Of a DNA stretch of 64,000 bases, positions 38,455 through 49,636 are shown piece after piece; the first letter of the stretch is position 1, and each line of letters begins with the position of its first letter. Source of the DNA: a virus; IMG/VR virus record IMGVR_UViG_3300024999_000042. One strand, written 5' to 3'. The notes beneath the pieces were generated by a model, which was given only the letters and a program-made list of their open reading frames with translations, made no database searches and was not told the origin of the DNA. The position numbers and the translations under genes were made by a program.

Positions 38455-40334
38455 TTATAAGTATTCCCAAACCATCTTTTCGCCTGTTTCTGGATATTTA
38501 CCTGCTGATTTCTTTCTATTACTAGGGGTACAACATTCTGTAATATTAGATTTTTTGATTCCATATTTCATTGAAGCTTCAGAAATGCTATTAAAAATTT
38601 CATTAGTTGTTACACATCTTATTTTTCTTCCACGAGGATTTAGTGATTTATTTATTCTATCTTCAATTTCATTCTCAGTTTTTGTAATATATTCATTATA
38701 ATACATCCAAACCAATGGCTCATTAGTCTTAGGATTTTTCCTGCAGACATAAGTTTATTTTTACAACAAGAAGATATTCCAGATGGATTAGTATTGTATT
38801 TTTGTGATGCATCTGAGTTATTATTAAAAACTTCTTTAGTTGTCAAACATATTATTTTCTTATCTTGACCATTGCTTAATATATTTTTAATTTGTTCTTC
38901 TGTTTTTAAAATAAATTCGTCATAAAACATCCATACCATAACTTGACCGTTATCTGGGTGTTTACCTGCTGATTTGTTTTCCTTTTTACGACAACATGCA
39001 GATATACTTGTTTTTTCAATATTATATATACTACTAGAATCTAAAATACTATCAAAAATTTCATTTGTTGTTAAACATACCACTTTTTTATGTTGATATT
39101 CTTTGTTTTTCATTGCTTTTTTGCCATTATAATCACACCAACTCAATGTAACTCCTTGTTTCAAATATCTGATCACCGTAGTTCTATCAACTTTTAATTG
39201 AATAGCTATTTTTAATGTTTCATTTATACCACTATTCCATAAATCGCAAACCACTTTAACTAGACTTTTACAAGCATATCCATGACACTTTAACCAGTTA
39301 ATATCTGATTCTTTGAAATTCAGTAATTTAGGTAATTCTGATATTAATATATTATTTTTTATTAAATTTAATTCTGACTTACTACAATCAATTCTGATAA
39401 CTTTAATGTCATGTTCTCTACACAATCTATCTTTTTCATTGTCAATAAATTTACTCTCTTCTTTTGTTTGTCCACTCATATTATTATCTTTCAAATGGAA
39501 TGACCCATCCATTTCAATACCATATTCTTTACCATTTAATACAAAATAACCATCTAAACGTCCTTTGCTTAATTTCCCTTTAAACTCATATACCAACCAA
39601 TCAAATGTTTTTTCTGTTTCAAAGTCTTTAATCTTTTTCAAATGCATTATTTGTTTTAAAAACCCAAACATAAATTTGTTCGGATAACTCATTCCATCTG
39701 AACATTGACACCCTAACCCTTTAGTTAACCAATCGTAAATATTTTTTTCTTTTTCACATCCACATTCAGGGCGTCTTAGAAGAATCTTTTTACGAGAACC
39801 TATGGAATATTTTAACCCGTCTTCTTTGTTCACTAAATAATTTAATTTATGTGGATGAGTTATTGATATTGAATTACATTGATGACAATTAATATTAGAT
39901 TGTTTTCCACTTGTAAATGTATTAATATTTTTTTGTTCAGAAATATGTTCTTGGTGTTTTAAACATTTAAACCAACATAATTTATTTGAACCATGACTTA
40001 TATCTTTAGGACTAATAGGATTACCATCTCTATCTATATTTTTTTCATAATCCCATCGTGCTAATATTCTATCTGTTTCTTCTTTAGATAAATTTAAGTA
40101 GCACCATTCAAAGAAAGATATCCATTTTTTATATCCTGCTTTTGCACAATTAATACAGTAGTACCTTCCGTCTTCTTTTACACACTTTTTATAATCTACC
40201 CATTTTACATTCGTTAATTTTTTGTCACACGCATCGCACTTAATTTCTACATTTGCCTTTGAATTAGCATCTAAATCTTCTACTTTTACTACTTCACCAT
40301 TTTTGCGTGTAATTTCTTTTGTTATTAAACCCAT
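38455..40334 (-). pseudogene. Zinc-ribbon/Vsr-like nuclease with NUMOD1 repeats, split by a 1-bp frameshift near 38735
   Basis: IEMDGSFH...DNEKD nuclease motif; repeats K(V/I)xCxTTxExF...ISxCC...SAGK continue across the frame change (AGKxPKTNEPLVWMY). Confidence 0.75.
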
Positions 40335-40335
40335 A

Positions 40336-40938
40336 TTAAACCACCACAACTTTAGATAATTCTTTAAATTTACTACAAACTAAACCTACAATTTCATCTT
40401 GAATTCTTCCTTCAACTGCTTTATTTAAAATACTACAATTATTTTTATATCGTTTACATCCGATGCAATTAGATTTAAATTCTTCTAATTGATTGACTGT
40501 AGGAAATATTCCTACATAGTCAACAGGATAAATGGTGATATCTATATGTGAATTTTTAGAATCATAATAGATGCCATTCACTCGTTCGCATGTTGTATTG
40601 TCGTCTAACCATATTAATTGTGTCTCAGTAATTGAATCCAAAAGCAATTTGAAATAATTGTTTGCATCTTTATCAATTCTGTCAAAATAAAAAACGCAGT
40701 CAACGTAAAAATGCTGTGTCTTATTAGGTGTTAAATTCCATCCTTGAATATTTACTTCATCTTTTATATATTTTATAAAATCTTTCTTATACTTCTTTGC
40801 TTCTGCAGTTTCATATAAAGTTGACATTGCTTTTGGCTTACCTCCAACATATGTAATAAAACTCCTGATTTTTATGTAGTGATTTACGCTGACAGGGATA
40901 GGGGATACTAATTTTAAAATATTATTAATATTAAACAC
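40336..40938 (-). CDS. rusA: RusA family Holliday junction resolvase
   Basis: PVSVNHY...DANNYFKLLLDSI...WLDD. Confidence 0.8.
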   Translation of the reverse strand: MFNINNILKLVSPIPVSVNHYIKIRSFITYVGGKPKAMSTLYETAEAKKYKKDFIKYIKDEVNIQGWNLTPNKTQHFYVDCVFYFDRIDKDANNYFKLLLDSITETQLIWLDDNTTCERVNGIYYDSKNSHIDITIYPVDYVGIFPTVNQLEEFKSNCIGCKRYKNNCSILNKAVEGRIQDEIVGLVCSKFKELSKVVVV

Positions 40939-41140
40939 CTTCCTTTATTTTTAATTGAATTCCTTTATATGTACGCTTTAATTTACCTTCCTCTGATAAA
41001 TTCACATGAAATTTGCTATATGGTTTTTCTTTGCTATCTTAATTCACTCCATATCAAAACAAAGGCACAACCAAATATCTGATTATGCCTTTGTTATAAT
41101 TTATTTATTTATTACTATAAACAACTAATAAATCTATATA

Positions 41141-42007
41141 CTATCTCAACTTCTTAATTACACTCTCATCAATAGCAATTCTCTTAGCCTTCTTCAACTC
41201 TTTAATAGATTTCTCTGCCCTAACTGGTTCAACTTTATTAGGATATTCCTTAACTAAATCTCTATAAATTTCTCTCCAAGTATATCCTTTCTTACACATC
41301 CAATGTATCTCATCTTCTACTTCTCTAATTATGGATAAATCTTGAGTTGATAGAAAATCTCTAAGATTGTCTTGCTGTTTCAAATCCAAGTATTCTTTTA
41401 TTTCTTTTGCGTACATGCCAAACAAAATATCATATGTTAAATTTGTCAAAGAGGCATATGTGCTTCTATTATTAGGCAATTCTCCATTTTGTATAAAAGT
41501 TGATATTGAAGATGTTTCTCTATTTCTTCTAATAGTCCCATCTTTTCTAACAACTAATTGTTCTAACTCTTTTTGAGTGAGATATATTATTGATTCTTGA
41601 GATCCTTTCAATTTAAAATAATCTCTAACAACTATTTTGTATTGTTTCATTGCCAATTCTGAATCAAGTAATTTCAGTAAAGTTGTATATCCTTGTTGGG
41701 ATAAAAGGTATATATTTTTAGAATTAGCTATAGATTGCTTATTAAATCCCAATTCTAAAAGTGAGTCGTTTGAACCGACCGACTTTTTCAAATCAATATA
41801 ATCAATTCCAAATTTAAAATATCCATTATTTAGATTCTTATTTATTAATTCGTTTACATGTTTTAATTGCTTATCATGAATAATTGCAACTGTCTTTGCT
41901 AACATAACTTTTTGATTATCACTAAATCCACCATAAATATTAGGAATATCTACACCACAAACTTTTGTCTTGCCTTTAATCATTAACACATTATTGTTTT
42001 CCATCAT
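41141..42007 (-). CDS. ORF6N-domain antirepressor-like protein
   Basis: IYGGF...MLAKTVAIIH...VNELINKN...IDYIDLK...IYLLSQQGY.TLLK; likely start MMENNN. Confidence 0.8.
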   Translation of the reverse strand: MMENNNVLMIKGKTKVCGVDIPNIYGGFSDNQKVMLAKTVAIIHDKQLKHVNELINKNLNNGYFKFGIDYIDLKKSVGSNDSLLELGFNKQSIANSKNIYLLSQQGYTTLLKLLDSELAMKQYKIVVRDYFKLKGSQESIIYLTQKELEQLVVRKDGTIRRNRETSSISTFIQNGELPNNRSTYASLTNLTYDILFGMYAKEIKEYLDLKQQDNLRDFLSTQDLSIIREVEDEIHWMCKKGYTWREIYRDLVKEYPNKVEPVRAEKSIKELKKAKRIAIDESVIKKLR

Positions 42008-42045
42008 TATATTATTCCTTCTTTCATATTTATTTTTCACCAATA

Positions 42046-42249
42046 TTATCTCTTCCTTGTACACCATTCCTCGTATGCTTTTGTGCTATCATCCCAACCA
42101 AATTTTATCCAAGTTCGATGAGTTATTGAATTAATCCCTATTTCCAAAGGACAAATTCCCTTTGATAAGTAGAAATTCGCTTGTAGCATATTGTATAGAT
42201 ATGTTACTTTTTCTTTTGTTGGGCTTGTTTCTTCTGTAGAGTTATTCAT
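42046..42249 (-). CDS. Small DUF5659-like protein
   Basis: YLYN..QANFY...G...GIN..T.RTW.KF...AYEEW; clear paralogue of 63275-63478. Confidence 0.65.
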   Translation of the reverse strand: MNNSTEETSPTKEKVTYLYNMLQANFYLSKGICPLEIGINSITHRTWIKFGWDDSTKAYEEWCTRKR

Positions 42250-42434
42250 ACGTAGTTCCTCCTTTCATTTTTATTTGTATCTACTTTGAGACACATCAAA
42301 AAGACAAATCAATTAAGATTTGCCCTTTAATCAATCACAAAATATTAAATTCTTACAAAATTATTAAAACTAAAATCCTTACTACAAGCAACTTTACAGA
42401 TTCATAAATTAGTTTAAAATGCGGAATTTATTGG

Positions 42435-43802
42435 TTAATAACGAATTACATAATTAATTGTGCAGTAAGGTTGTAAATTTTGATGCGCTAAACCTCCACC
42501 TGCATTAGAAGTTCCCCATGTCCCACTACCTGGATCTAATCTCCAATCGTTTGTAAATATATCACTAGTGTCTGTATTTGTATTATTCCATGCTTGGAAT
42601 GTATGATTATGGGAAGGCATTTCTGGCGTAGTAAGAATATGTGTCTTCTCACCGCCACTTTTTCCAAGCGTATCAAATTCTGACTGAGAATTGTCTAATC
42701 CGACTGGAACCCTGCCTTTTAGATTTGGGAGATTAAAAGTCGTTGAACCATTACCTGCTCCATAACCTATTCCAATTACATTGAATAATGCTGAATATGT
42801 AGTTCTAGATATTGCAGAACCATCACAAATTAAATATCCACTAGGAGCTACAGAACCAGCAAACATTTGAACTGAACCTATTACAACTCCATTGGAAGCA
42901 GACGCAGGTGCAAATAATGTTTGAAATGCTGAATCAATTTGTACTGGCACATCTTGACTCTTTTGCACAATTATTTTACCAACAAGCATTGCATTTGTTG
43001 AAACTACTTGTGGAATTTCAGGTGGTTGACAAGCTTTTGCTTGATCTAAACTAGCATCAAATTCACAAAGAAATAAATGTATTCGAGCAGAATCTATATC
43101 TGAACGACACATACAACGATATACCCATACTACCGCATATTTACCATCTGTAAGAGTTGTAAGTATACCAGTTTTAGGATCATATTGAGTATTAGGGAAT
43201 TGAGTTACAACGCTACGTGAAAACGAACCATCGCCATTATTTACCCAAAGAAGCATTGCATCAACACTTGAATCTACTGCTGGAAGATTATTACTATATG
43301 AACCTTCCCACGCTTTGCCAGAAGTTACTACAATATTTCTAGTTCCAGACACACCTAAAGTGATTCCTGATGCTCTTTCAAATCTTCTTGTTTCAATTAA
43401 TCTTCTATGTACCTTATTTGACAGTCCAAGTCCTGGTTCATCCCAATCAATTACTGAAATACCATCACCTATACGAGCAATTGTATATACAGGAGTATTA
43501 TTTGACCAATTAATGTCTAATAAATCAAATGTAATAACATATTGCGGATTACCATTATTATATTGAACAATAAGATAATTAGTAATCATATCCGTAATTT
43601 CCAATGTTGTTTCTGGAATAATATACTCTATTATTGAACCAGTATAATCAATTGTACTATATAATCTAAAAGTTCCTTCACCTACTGTAATTGTTCCTAA
43701 ACCTGCATTATAAGCTATTGTTGGTTTTATTACTGTTCCTGAATTTGTTTTTATTTTTGAACCTGACAATGCATTAATGCTTATATTTTTCTCTATTGGC
43801 AT
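42435..43802 (-). CDS. Fibre protein with C-terminal phage tail collar domain
   Basis: GSVQMFAGSVAPSGYLICDGSAISRTTYSALF...FNLPNLKGRVPVG...HQNLQPY. Confidence 0.88.
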   Translation of the reverse strand: MPIEKNISINALSGSKIKTNSGTVIKPTIAYNAGLGTITVGEGTFRLYSTIDYTGSIIEYIIPETTLEITDMITNYLIVQYNNGNPQYVITFDLLDINWSNNTPVYTIARIGDGISVIDWDEPGLGLSNKVHRRLIETRRFERASGITLGVSGTRNIVVTSGKAWEGSYSNNLPAVDSSVDAMLLWVNNGDGSFSRSVVTQFPNTQYDPKTGILTTLTDGKYAVVWVYRCMCRSDIDSARIHLFLCEFDASLDQAKACQPPEIPQVVSTNAMLVGKIIVQKSQDVPVQIDSAFQTLFAPASASNGVVIGSVQMFAGSVAPSGYLICDGSAISRTTYSALFNVIGIGYGAGNGSTTFNLPNLKGRVPVGLDNSQSEFDTLGKSGGEKTHILTTPEMPSHNHTFQAWNNTNTDTSDIFTNDWRLDPGSGTWGTSNAGGGLAHQNLQPYCTINYVIRY

Positions 43803-43825
43803 TTATTAATCACCTCACTTTCTTT

Positions 43826-44143
43826 TTAAAAATATTGTCCTGACCATCGTAATTTTGTTCCTAAAGCATTCATTACTTGAATTAATGATACACTCTCAAA
43901 ATTATATTCTCTTGATTCATTTGCTGGAATATATAGGATATATCCTCCAATATTAATATATAGATTTGTATTTTCTGCTTCTATAAATAATGAATTTAAA
44001 TTTGATTTGTTTCCATTGGAGTCAGTGAAATTTATTAGTTCATTGTTAGATGTTAATACATACCAAGGATCATAGTTTGCATCTCCTATTTTATTTAGTG
44101 GGAGGCTACTTATGAAACCACTGTGTAATAATTGCCCTATCAT
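43826..44143 (-). CDS. Small virion/fibre-associated protein
   Basis: ORF with GAGGTG SD, directly upstream of the collar-fibre gene. Confidence 0.45.
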   Translation of the reverse strand: MIGQLLHSGFISSLPLNKIGDANYDPWYVLTSNNELINFTDSNGNKSNLNSLFIEAENTNLYINIGGYILYIPANESREYNFESVSLIQVMNALGTKLRWSGQYF

Positions 44144-44348
44144 TGATTTATCATTCCTTTCTTTATTTGGATTTTGTTAGTTGGTATTTTTGGGATTAAT
44201 TTTTAGTTTTAGAAATAGTAAAAAAATAAGGAAAGAAAGACAATTTGGTTTTGTCTGTCTTTCCTCTTATTTTGATGTGGTTTGTGTTTGAATTGATAAA
44301 CAATTATAGGATTGTACATTTCTTATAATTGTTTAGATGCTGTATTTA

Positions 44349-45619
44349 TTATATATTCTCTTTCTTAATTTTTCTCAATTTACCAAAATCATAACCTTTT
44401 TCATATTGACTACAAATTACTTTATTGTTATCGATATCAAACTTTATCCAAGAATGACCTGAATTTAAATATTCTTTGGCATGAATAATCATTTCTAGAA
44501 TTATATTATCAGAAGGTATTTTATCTTTAATGCAAATAATTCTAATCATTTTCCAACCAAGACTTTTTAGGAATAAATATCTTTTTATTTCCTTACTATC
44601 AAATTGAACTTGTGATATTTGATTTAATTTCACATTTAAATCATGTCCTCCACCGTCATATTCAATATAAATATCATCTTCTACTTTTATATCTAACGTT
44701 ATATGACTTACAGGATAATTTAAATCACCATTTATAAGTTTATTTATGTATAGTTGCTGTGAACTACATGCTATTTGACCAGTTAAATACATTGTTTTAT
44801 TTCGTTTTATAAATGCCTTAGTTTGTATCTCTTTATTTTGCATATGATGTTCAACACCATAGTTTTCTAAACTTGTTTGTATTTTCTTATCTTTAACTTC
44901 TTGTATTTGAGATATATTATTCACACCATATCTTTCAATGATTGTTTTTAATAATTTATCTTTAACCAGTTCATTGTTCATTGGACTTGCTGAACCATAC
45001 CTCGCTATATTTGTATCAGAAGTTTTTTGTTTTATTTCTGGATTCTGCGATGCATATTTAAACCCATATCTTTTTAAGTTTGTTCTTTTAACCTTATCTT
45101 TAGTTTCCTGTATATGAAACGGACTTGTTACTCCATATCTCTCTAAGAGAACTTCTTCTTTTTTAATTTTACTTCAGGACTTGAATTATGAGATTCAAAA
45201 CCATATTTTATTAAATTTGTTGCTTTACAACTATCTTTAACCTCTTGGGACTGTGACGCACTTTCGTACCCATATTTAACTAAGGAAGTTGCTTTCCGTT
45301 TAATCTGTTTATTATCATTAAATTCTTTATTAGCATATAAAATATTCCATACTTCTATATTTTTAATGCTTTTACATTCTTTACAGCAGTCTTTATCCAC
45401 ATTTTCTTTGCCTTTTAAGGTATCCCTATACTCTTTACTTGTAATATTTATTTTACAATAATCACAAAGCACATCTACTATGACATGACTTCCAAGTGTT
45501 AAATCTTTGACATTGACCATTAATTTAGATTTCATTTTTGTGAATGCATACCCCTTTAAAATGTACCAATCTTTATTCCAATTTGACCATTTTGTCTCTA
45601 CTTCTTTATCTATTAACAT
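44349..45619 (-). pseudogene. Repeat-containing (T-x-L-x-R/K-YG) Vsr-like endonuclease, split by a -1 frameshift at 45158-45164
   Basis: Repeats continue across the two track ORFs in the -1 frame (KKEEVLLERYGVTSPF...ARYGSASPMNNE); C-terminal IEYDGGGH...LGWKMIRI; start MLIDKE. Confidence 0.75.
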
Positions 45620-45650
45620 TTTTAAATTCTCCTTCCGATATTGAGAAAAG

Positions 45651-45731
45651 ACAATGGGGAAGACACCCTGTATCGGCAAGGTGTCTTTATTACTCTTATA
45701 AATCTGGCCTGATTTGTAAGAAACCATATGT
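45651..45731 (-). ncRNA. Putative structured leader RNA, copy D
   Basis: Two hairpins inside a closing helix; loops AGGCCA and CCGAUA, the latter complementary to TATCGG abutting the AAGGAG SD. Confidence 0.6.
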
Positions 45732-45740
45732 AATTATTTA

Positions 45741-46013
45741 TTACTTTTTGTAAGAAAAGTTATTGTATTGAACTTTACTGTTTTTGTCATCACTATTTTT
45801 AATTTCTTTATCTGGTACAATACTTTTTTCTTCAATATATATTTTGTCTTTAACTTCTAAATCTTTCCACTCGAATCCAACAGGTGTGAAAAACACCTTT
45901 ATAAGTTCCATTGTATAAATATTCTTTAAAAATTCTAAATCATAATTGTCATTAACCTTTATACGTTTATCTTTAGGAACTGCAGGATGAGCATATTTTA
46001 ATATATAGTTCAT
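45741..46013 (-). CDS. Hypothetical protein downstream of the tail tube gene
   Basis: ORF track, synteny. Confidence 0.5.
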   Translation of the reverse strand: MNYILKYAHPAVPKDKRIKVNDNYDLEFLKNIYTMELIKVFFTPVGFEWKDLEVKDKIYIEEKSIVPDKEIKNSDDKNSKVQYNNFSYKK

Positions 46014-46037
46014 TTATTTCACCAACAATCTATAAAA

Positions 46038-46826
46038 TTATACAGGCAAAGTTTCATCTGTAACCAATTTGTAGAATTGATTTTCACCATATTCATTAAG
46101 GAAACCAAATACTTCACACTCAAATGGAATAGCATTAGCATCCCCTGATTTTGTTGAAAGCTCAAATGATGGGTCGGATTTTGCCTTCTCAATAACAATA
46201 ATTTTTATAGCTTTATTTCCAGCTTTATCTTCCACTTTAGTTTTTGCTGTAATTCTAACCAATGCAGGAAGTTTACCAGTTGAAATATATAACCCTGTTG
46301 CGTCTGCATCAGTAGTATAATCACAAAGTATAAATACTTTTTTACCTTTTTTGGCGACATTAAAAGTTATTTCTGCCCCAACCACTGAATATTGTTCTAC
46401 CTCAGTAACAGGAGTTCCTGCTTCAATTTCTGTACCTACATTTTCATCCTCATCGATATTATAAATTTTCATTGTTCCACTCTTTGGCACGACCAAACTT
46501 GTTACTTTCCCACTTGTCGCATCCACTTCATAAACATAATCAAAACTACTTGTTTGTACACCAGTTCTTTTTACTGCACCAGTCTTGGCAATCATGACAT
46601 TATCATCAATGAGAGGTAGAGTTGCTGAAAAAGTAGCTGTAGGAGTGTGATAGATGGTTGCTTGTACTTCGTTATCAGCTCCTCCTCGAACTTCTAATTT
46701 TTCATATTTGTCACTTACTTTTGCATCTTGAGCATAATTAACTCTAAACAATAAATCCTTAGTTGCATAATCTTGAACGGTGAAGTCAAGTACCTTCGCC
46801 CAGACCTGTCTTTGTCCAATACTCAT
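46038..46826 (-). CDS. Major tail tube protein
   Basis: EVRGG...FELSTKSGDANAIPFECEV; position after head-tail genes. Confidence 0.65.
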   Translation of the reverse strand: MSIGQRQVWAKVLDFTVQDYATKDLLFRVNYAQDAKVSDKYEKLEVRGGADNEVQATIYHTPTATFSATLPLIDDNVMIAKTGAVKRTGVQTSSFDYVYEVDATSGKVTSLVVPKSGTMKIYNIDEDENVGTEIEAGTPVTEVEQYSVVGAEITFNVAKKGKKVFILCDYTTDADATGLYISTGKLPALVRITAKTKVEDKAGNKAIKIIVIEKAKSDPSFELSTKSGDANAIPFECEVFGFLNEYGENQFYKLVTDETLPV

Positions 46827-46860
46827 TATTATTCCCTTCTTTCTTCTTATAATTTATTTA

Positions 46861-47547
46861 TTACTTAATGTTTTGGAGATACGACTCCGTTTTTATATTA
46901 TCTGGATCTGCTCCAGCTAATAACATTTTGAGATTCCATCTGTATTGCTCTTTTAATTGTCCTCTTTGCAACTGTTCATAAAATTGATAAACGTTTAAAT
47001 CCCAAATATTTATTATATTTAATCCATTTCCATCAAAATTAGCAACACATGAAATTAAATCAGCAAATGTTAATTGTTCTGCGTTTTTATTTCCATCTTC
47101 TCTCATCTTTTTTTCAGCTTCCATTACTCTTCTATCAAATTCATCTAATGCTTCTGTATTTTCAACCTCAAGTTTATTAGCTAATTTAATGCTATTCACC
47201 AAAGAATCATAATTATTTCTGTCTAATATAATATCATCTTTCATAAATACTAAATCACTATCAATTAACTTTGCATCAAATTCTATCTTTGTAAAAAAGA
47301 ATAGCGAATATAAAAAAGTACCGAAAGATTCTTTGTTTTGATTAATGGCGAACATTAATGCATCATAATTATTTGTAATTCCTAAACCTTCTGCATCAAT
47401 CAAAATATCTTTTACAATAGTTCCACATGTTAAAATAATCCCATATTTCTCAAATCCTATTTCTGCAATTTCTCTTAGAAGTGGGGAGTAAACTGGTATC
47501 TTATCAACATATAAAGGTAAATTTGCTAATAGTCTTAATTTATTCAT
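46861..47547 (-). CDS. Tail assembly/structural protein
   Basis: NIWDLNVYQFYEQLQR...MLLAGAD motif; SPbeta-like synteny. Confidence 0.55.
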   Translation of the reverse strand: MNKLRLLANLPLYVDKIPVYSPLLREIAEIGFEKYGIILTCGTIVKDILIDAEGLGITNNYDALMFAINQNKESFGTFLYSLFFFTKIEFDAKLIDSDLVFMKDDIILDRNNYDSLVNSIKLANKLEVENTEALDEFDRRVMEAEKKMREDGNKNAEQLTFADLISCVANFDGNGLNIINIWDLNVYQFYEQLQRGQLKEQYRWNLKMLLAGADPDNIKTESYLQNIK

Positions 47548-47563
47548 ATTATCACATACCTAA

Positions 47564-48040
47564 TTATTGAAATTCTTGAAGTTTATAAGCTATATAAATT
47601 CCAGAATAATTTTCATTAACTAAAAATTCATCCATTTCATAAAACTCTAATTCATTAAATCCTAAATCCTCAGAAGAATTAAATACTTCATCTATGTAAT
47701 TTAAAAGCATATCATACCTTAAAGATCCATAATCTGTCTTCAGCAATGAATTATGCAGAATAATATAGAAATATACACTTCCGTATTTAAATGTCCTTCC
47801 ATTTGGTTTATAGTTAAACTTCATGGTGATAAAGGTATTTGGTTCTGTTTGTACTGTGGGAATATAACGCCAAGGATATATATTTTTATATATCAAAGAT
47901 GGGGCATTAAAATCATTAGGTAATGGAACATCTAAGAAATTCTGCTCATTACTCACAAGACATTTTACAATTTCTGGTTTACTAAGCAATTTCATTAAAA
48001 TTGTAAATTTGTTTGCACCAAGTTCACTAAACCTACTCAT
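47564..48040 (-). CDS. Probable tail terminator/head-tail joining protein
   Basis: LIYKNIYP, LRYDMLLNYIDEVFN; synteny. Confidence 0.5.
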   Translation of the reverse strand: MSRFSELGANKFTILMKLLSKPEIVKCLVSNEQNFLDVPLPNDFNAPSLIYKNIYPWRYIPTVQTEPNTFITMKFNYKPNGRTFKYGSVYFYIILHNSLLKTDYGSLRYDMLLNYIDEVFNSSEDLGFNELEFYEMDEFLVNENYSGIYIAYKLQEFQ

Positions 48041-48084
48041 TTCTCACCTTCTTTAATTACAATTTAAATTTACCTAATCACTTC

Positions 48085-49263
48085 CTAAAACAAACTCTTA
48101 ATCTGAATAACCATTCCATCTTGACTAACAATCTCTTCATCTACACTTTTACACCATAATTTTACACTTCCTAAATTATTGCCCTTAATTATACAAGTAT
48201 TATTAACTGCATTTTGTGATGTAATAGTTGCTAATGTAGTTGGTAAATTATCAATTCCTGTTAACCAGAAAGACGATTCTTTAACTATAGGCAAACCATT
48301 ATTTTTGAATATCGCTAAATATTCTTTAGAATAAGTTTTAATTATTGATGTACTACCGCTAATTTCAACAGTTTTATTCTCAATAGGCACTTCAACAATC
48401 TCAACATTAATTTCATCCATCACAGTTAAGTCATTTTCCATCTTACAACTAAATACAACATTTCCAACATCTAAAATTGTTACAACTCCTGTAATTGAAT
48501 TTATAATTGCTTTTGTAATATTATTACTGCTGAAAATTAAATTAGGAGTAGGAGAAACAATTACCCCATCAATTTTTACTTGTGCATTGATTGTTAATGG
48601 ATCATTTTCATTTACTTGAATAGAATCTCCATTTAAGATAGTAAGAGAATATGATGGAAATACTTGCTCAACTTCGCTATACACCATTTTTATCAATAAT
48701 AAACCATTTACAGTAATATCATCAATATTTACAACACTATAATTCCTCATTCCAATTCTAAACACGTAATTCATCTCAATTTGTCTAGTAATATCAGTAT
48801 CACTTATTTGTATTGCAATTTCTGAATCTAATGTTGATATTATTTTTTGTTCATCTAGACTGATTGAACCTTTTGAGATTATGCAGGGGATAGAGTGGAG
48901 GGTTGAGGTTGAGTCGTAGAATTGGAGGGTGTTGTTTGATTTAATCATACTTGCAGTTTTATATGCTTGTAAATTGTCAATATTACTTACTATAATCCAT
49001 TTGCTACCTTCCCATTCAACTATTGAACCAGTATTTACTACTGTTTCAATTGGCATATGAATTTTCTTATCATATTTACCTTCATTTAATGGGTTTAAAT
49101 GTGATTGAATGATGACTTGTGTTGCAATGGTATCAATTATTGCAGGAGAACCTTCTGCACTATAATATCTACGAATATCATAATTTTCTTTCACATCAGA
49201 TATTGTTTCTTCTTTAGAATAATAATTTAAACCATCATCTATCCATTTTTTTCTGACATCCAT
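48085..49263 (-). CDS. Head closure-like protein with C-terminal Ig-like domains
   Basis: GSIVEWEGSKWII; FSSNNITKAIINSITGVVT; synteny. Confidence 0.55.
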   Translation of the reverse strand: MDVRKKWIDDGLNYYSKEETISDVKENYDIRRYYSAEGSPAIIDTIATQVIIQSHLNPLNEGKYDKKIHMPIETVVNTGSIVEWEGSKWIIVSNIDNLQAYKTASMIKSNNTLQFYDSTSTLHSIPCIISKGSISLDEQKIISTLDSEIAIQISDTDITRQIEMNYVFRIGMRNYSVVNIDDITVNGLLLIKMVYSEVEQVFPSYSLTILNGDSIQVNENDPLTINAQVKIDGVIVSPTPNLIFSSNNITKAIINSITGVVTILDVGNVVFSCKMENDLTVMDEINVEIVEVPIENKTVEISGSTSIIKTYSKEYLAIFKNNGLPIVKESSFWLTGIDNLPTTLATITSQNAVNNTCIIKGNNLGSVKLWCKSVDEEIVSQDGMVIQIKSLF

Positions 49264-49360
49264 ATGATCACAACCTTATTAGGAATAGAGAGTTAATTAA
49301 TATAACTCTCTATTCAAATTACATCATACTGTTTTTAATAAAATTAGAATTCTGCTAAAA

Positions 49361-49636
49361 TTAGAATTCTGCTTTTGCCAATCCTTCAATTCTTAAAGCA
49401 GATGTATCTGCAGCTGCTTTGTAGTACAATTTACCGAAAGGCACTGCAACATTTTCCCTTGCTTCTCCTGCTTTTAAAACCATTAAGTTTCCAGATGCAC
49501 TTGCACTTGCAATATCAAATGAAAGTGTCACAACAGAAGCACTATCATTTACAATAAGATTAATAAATGCCATGTTTAATTCAACATTTTGTTCTGCTTG
49601 ATTTGCCGTTAAAGACCGTCCAATAAAATTAGTCAT
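49361..49636 (-). CDS. Small virion decoration-like protein
   Basis: Beta-rich, VLKAGE motif, GAGGAGG SD. Confidence 0.45.
   Translation of the reverse strand: MTNFIGRSLTANQAEQNVELNMAFINLIVNDSASVVTLSFDIASASASGNLMVLKAGEARENVAVPFGKLYYKAAADTSALRIEGLAKAEF

Noticed and set aside
40336-40360. Leader RNA upstream of the 38455-40334 nuclease
   Set aside because: The gene abuts the rusA stop with no intergenic space, so not every nuclease here carries the leader
45620-45727. N-terminal extension of the 45143 ORF (likewise 10820-10855 and 31550-31558)
   Set aside because: Overlaps the structured leader or the SD; better SD-linked starts lie downstream
49341-49373. 16-bp direct repeat AAATTAGAATTCTGCT duplicating a gene 3' end
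   Set aside because: Real but most simply a local slippage duplication; nothing is inserted between the copies
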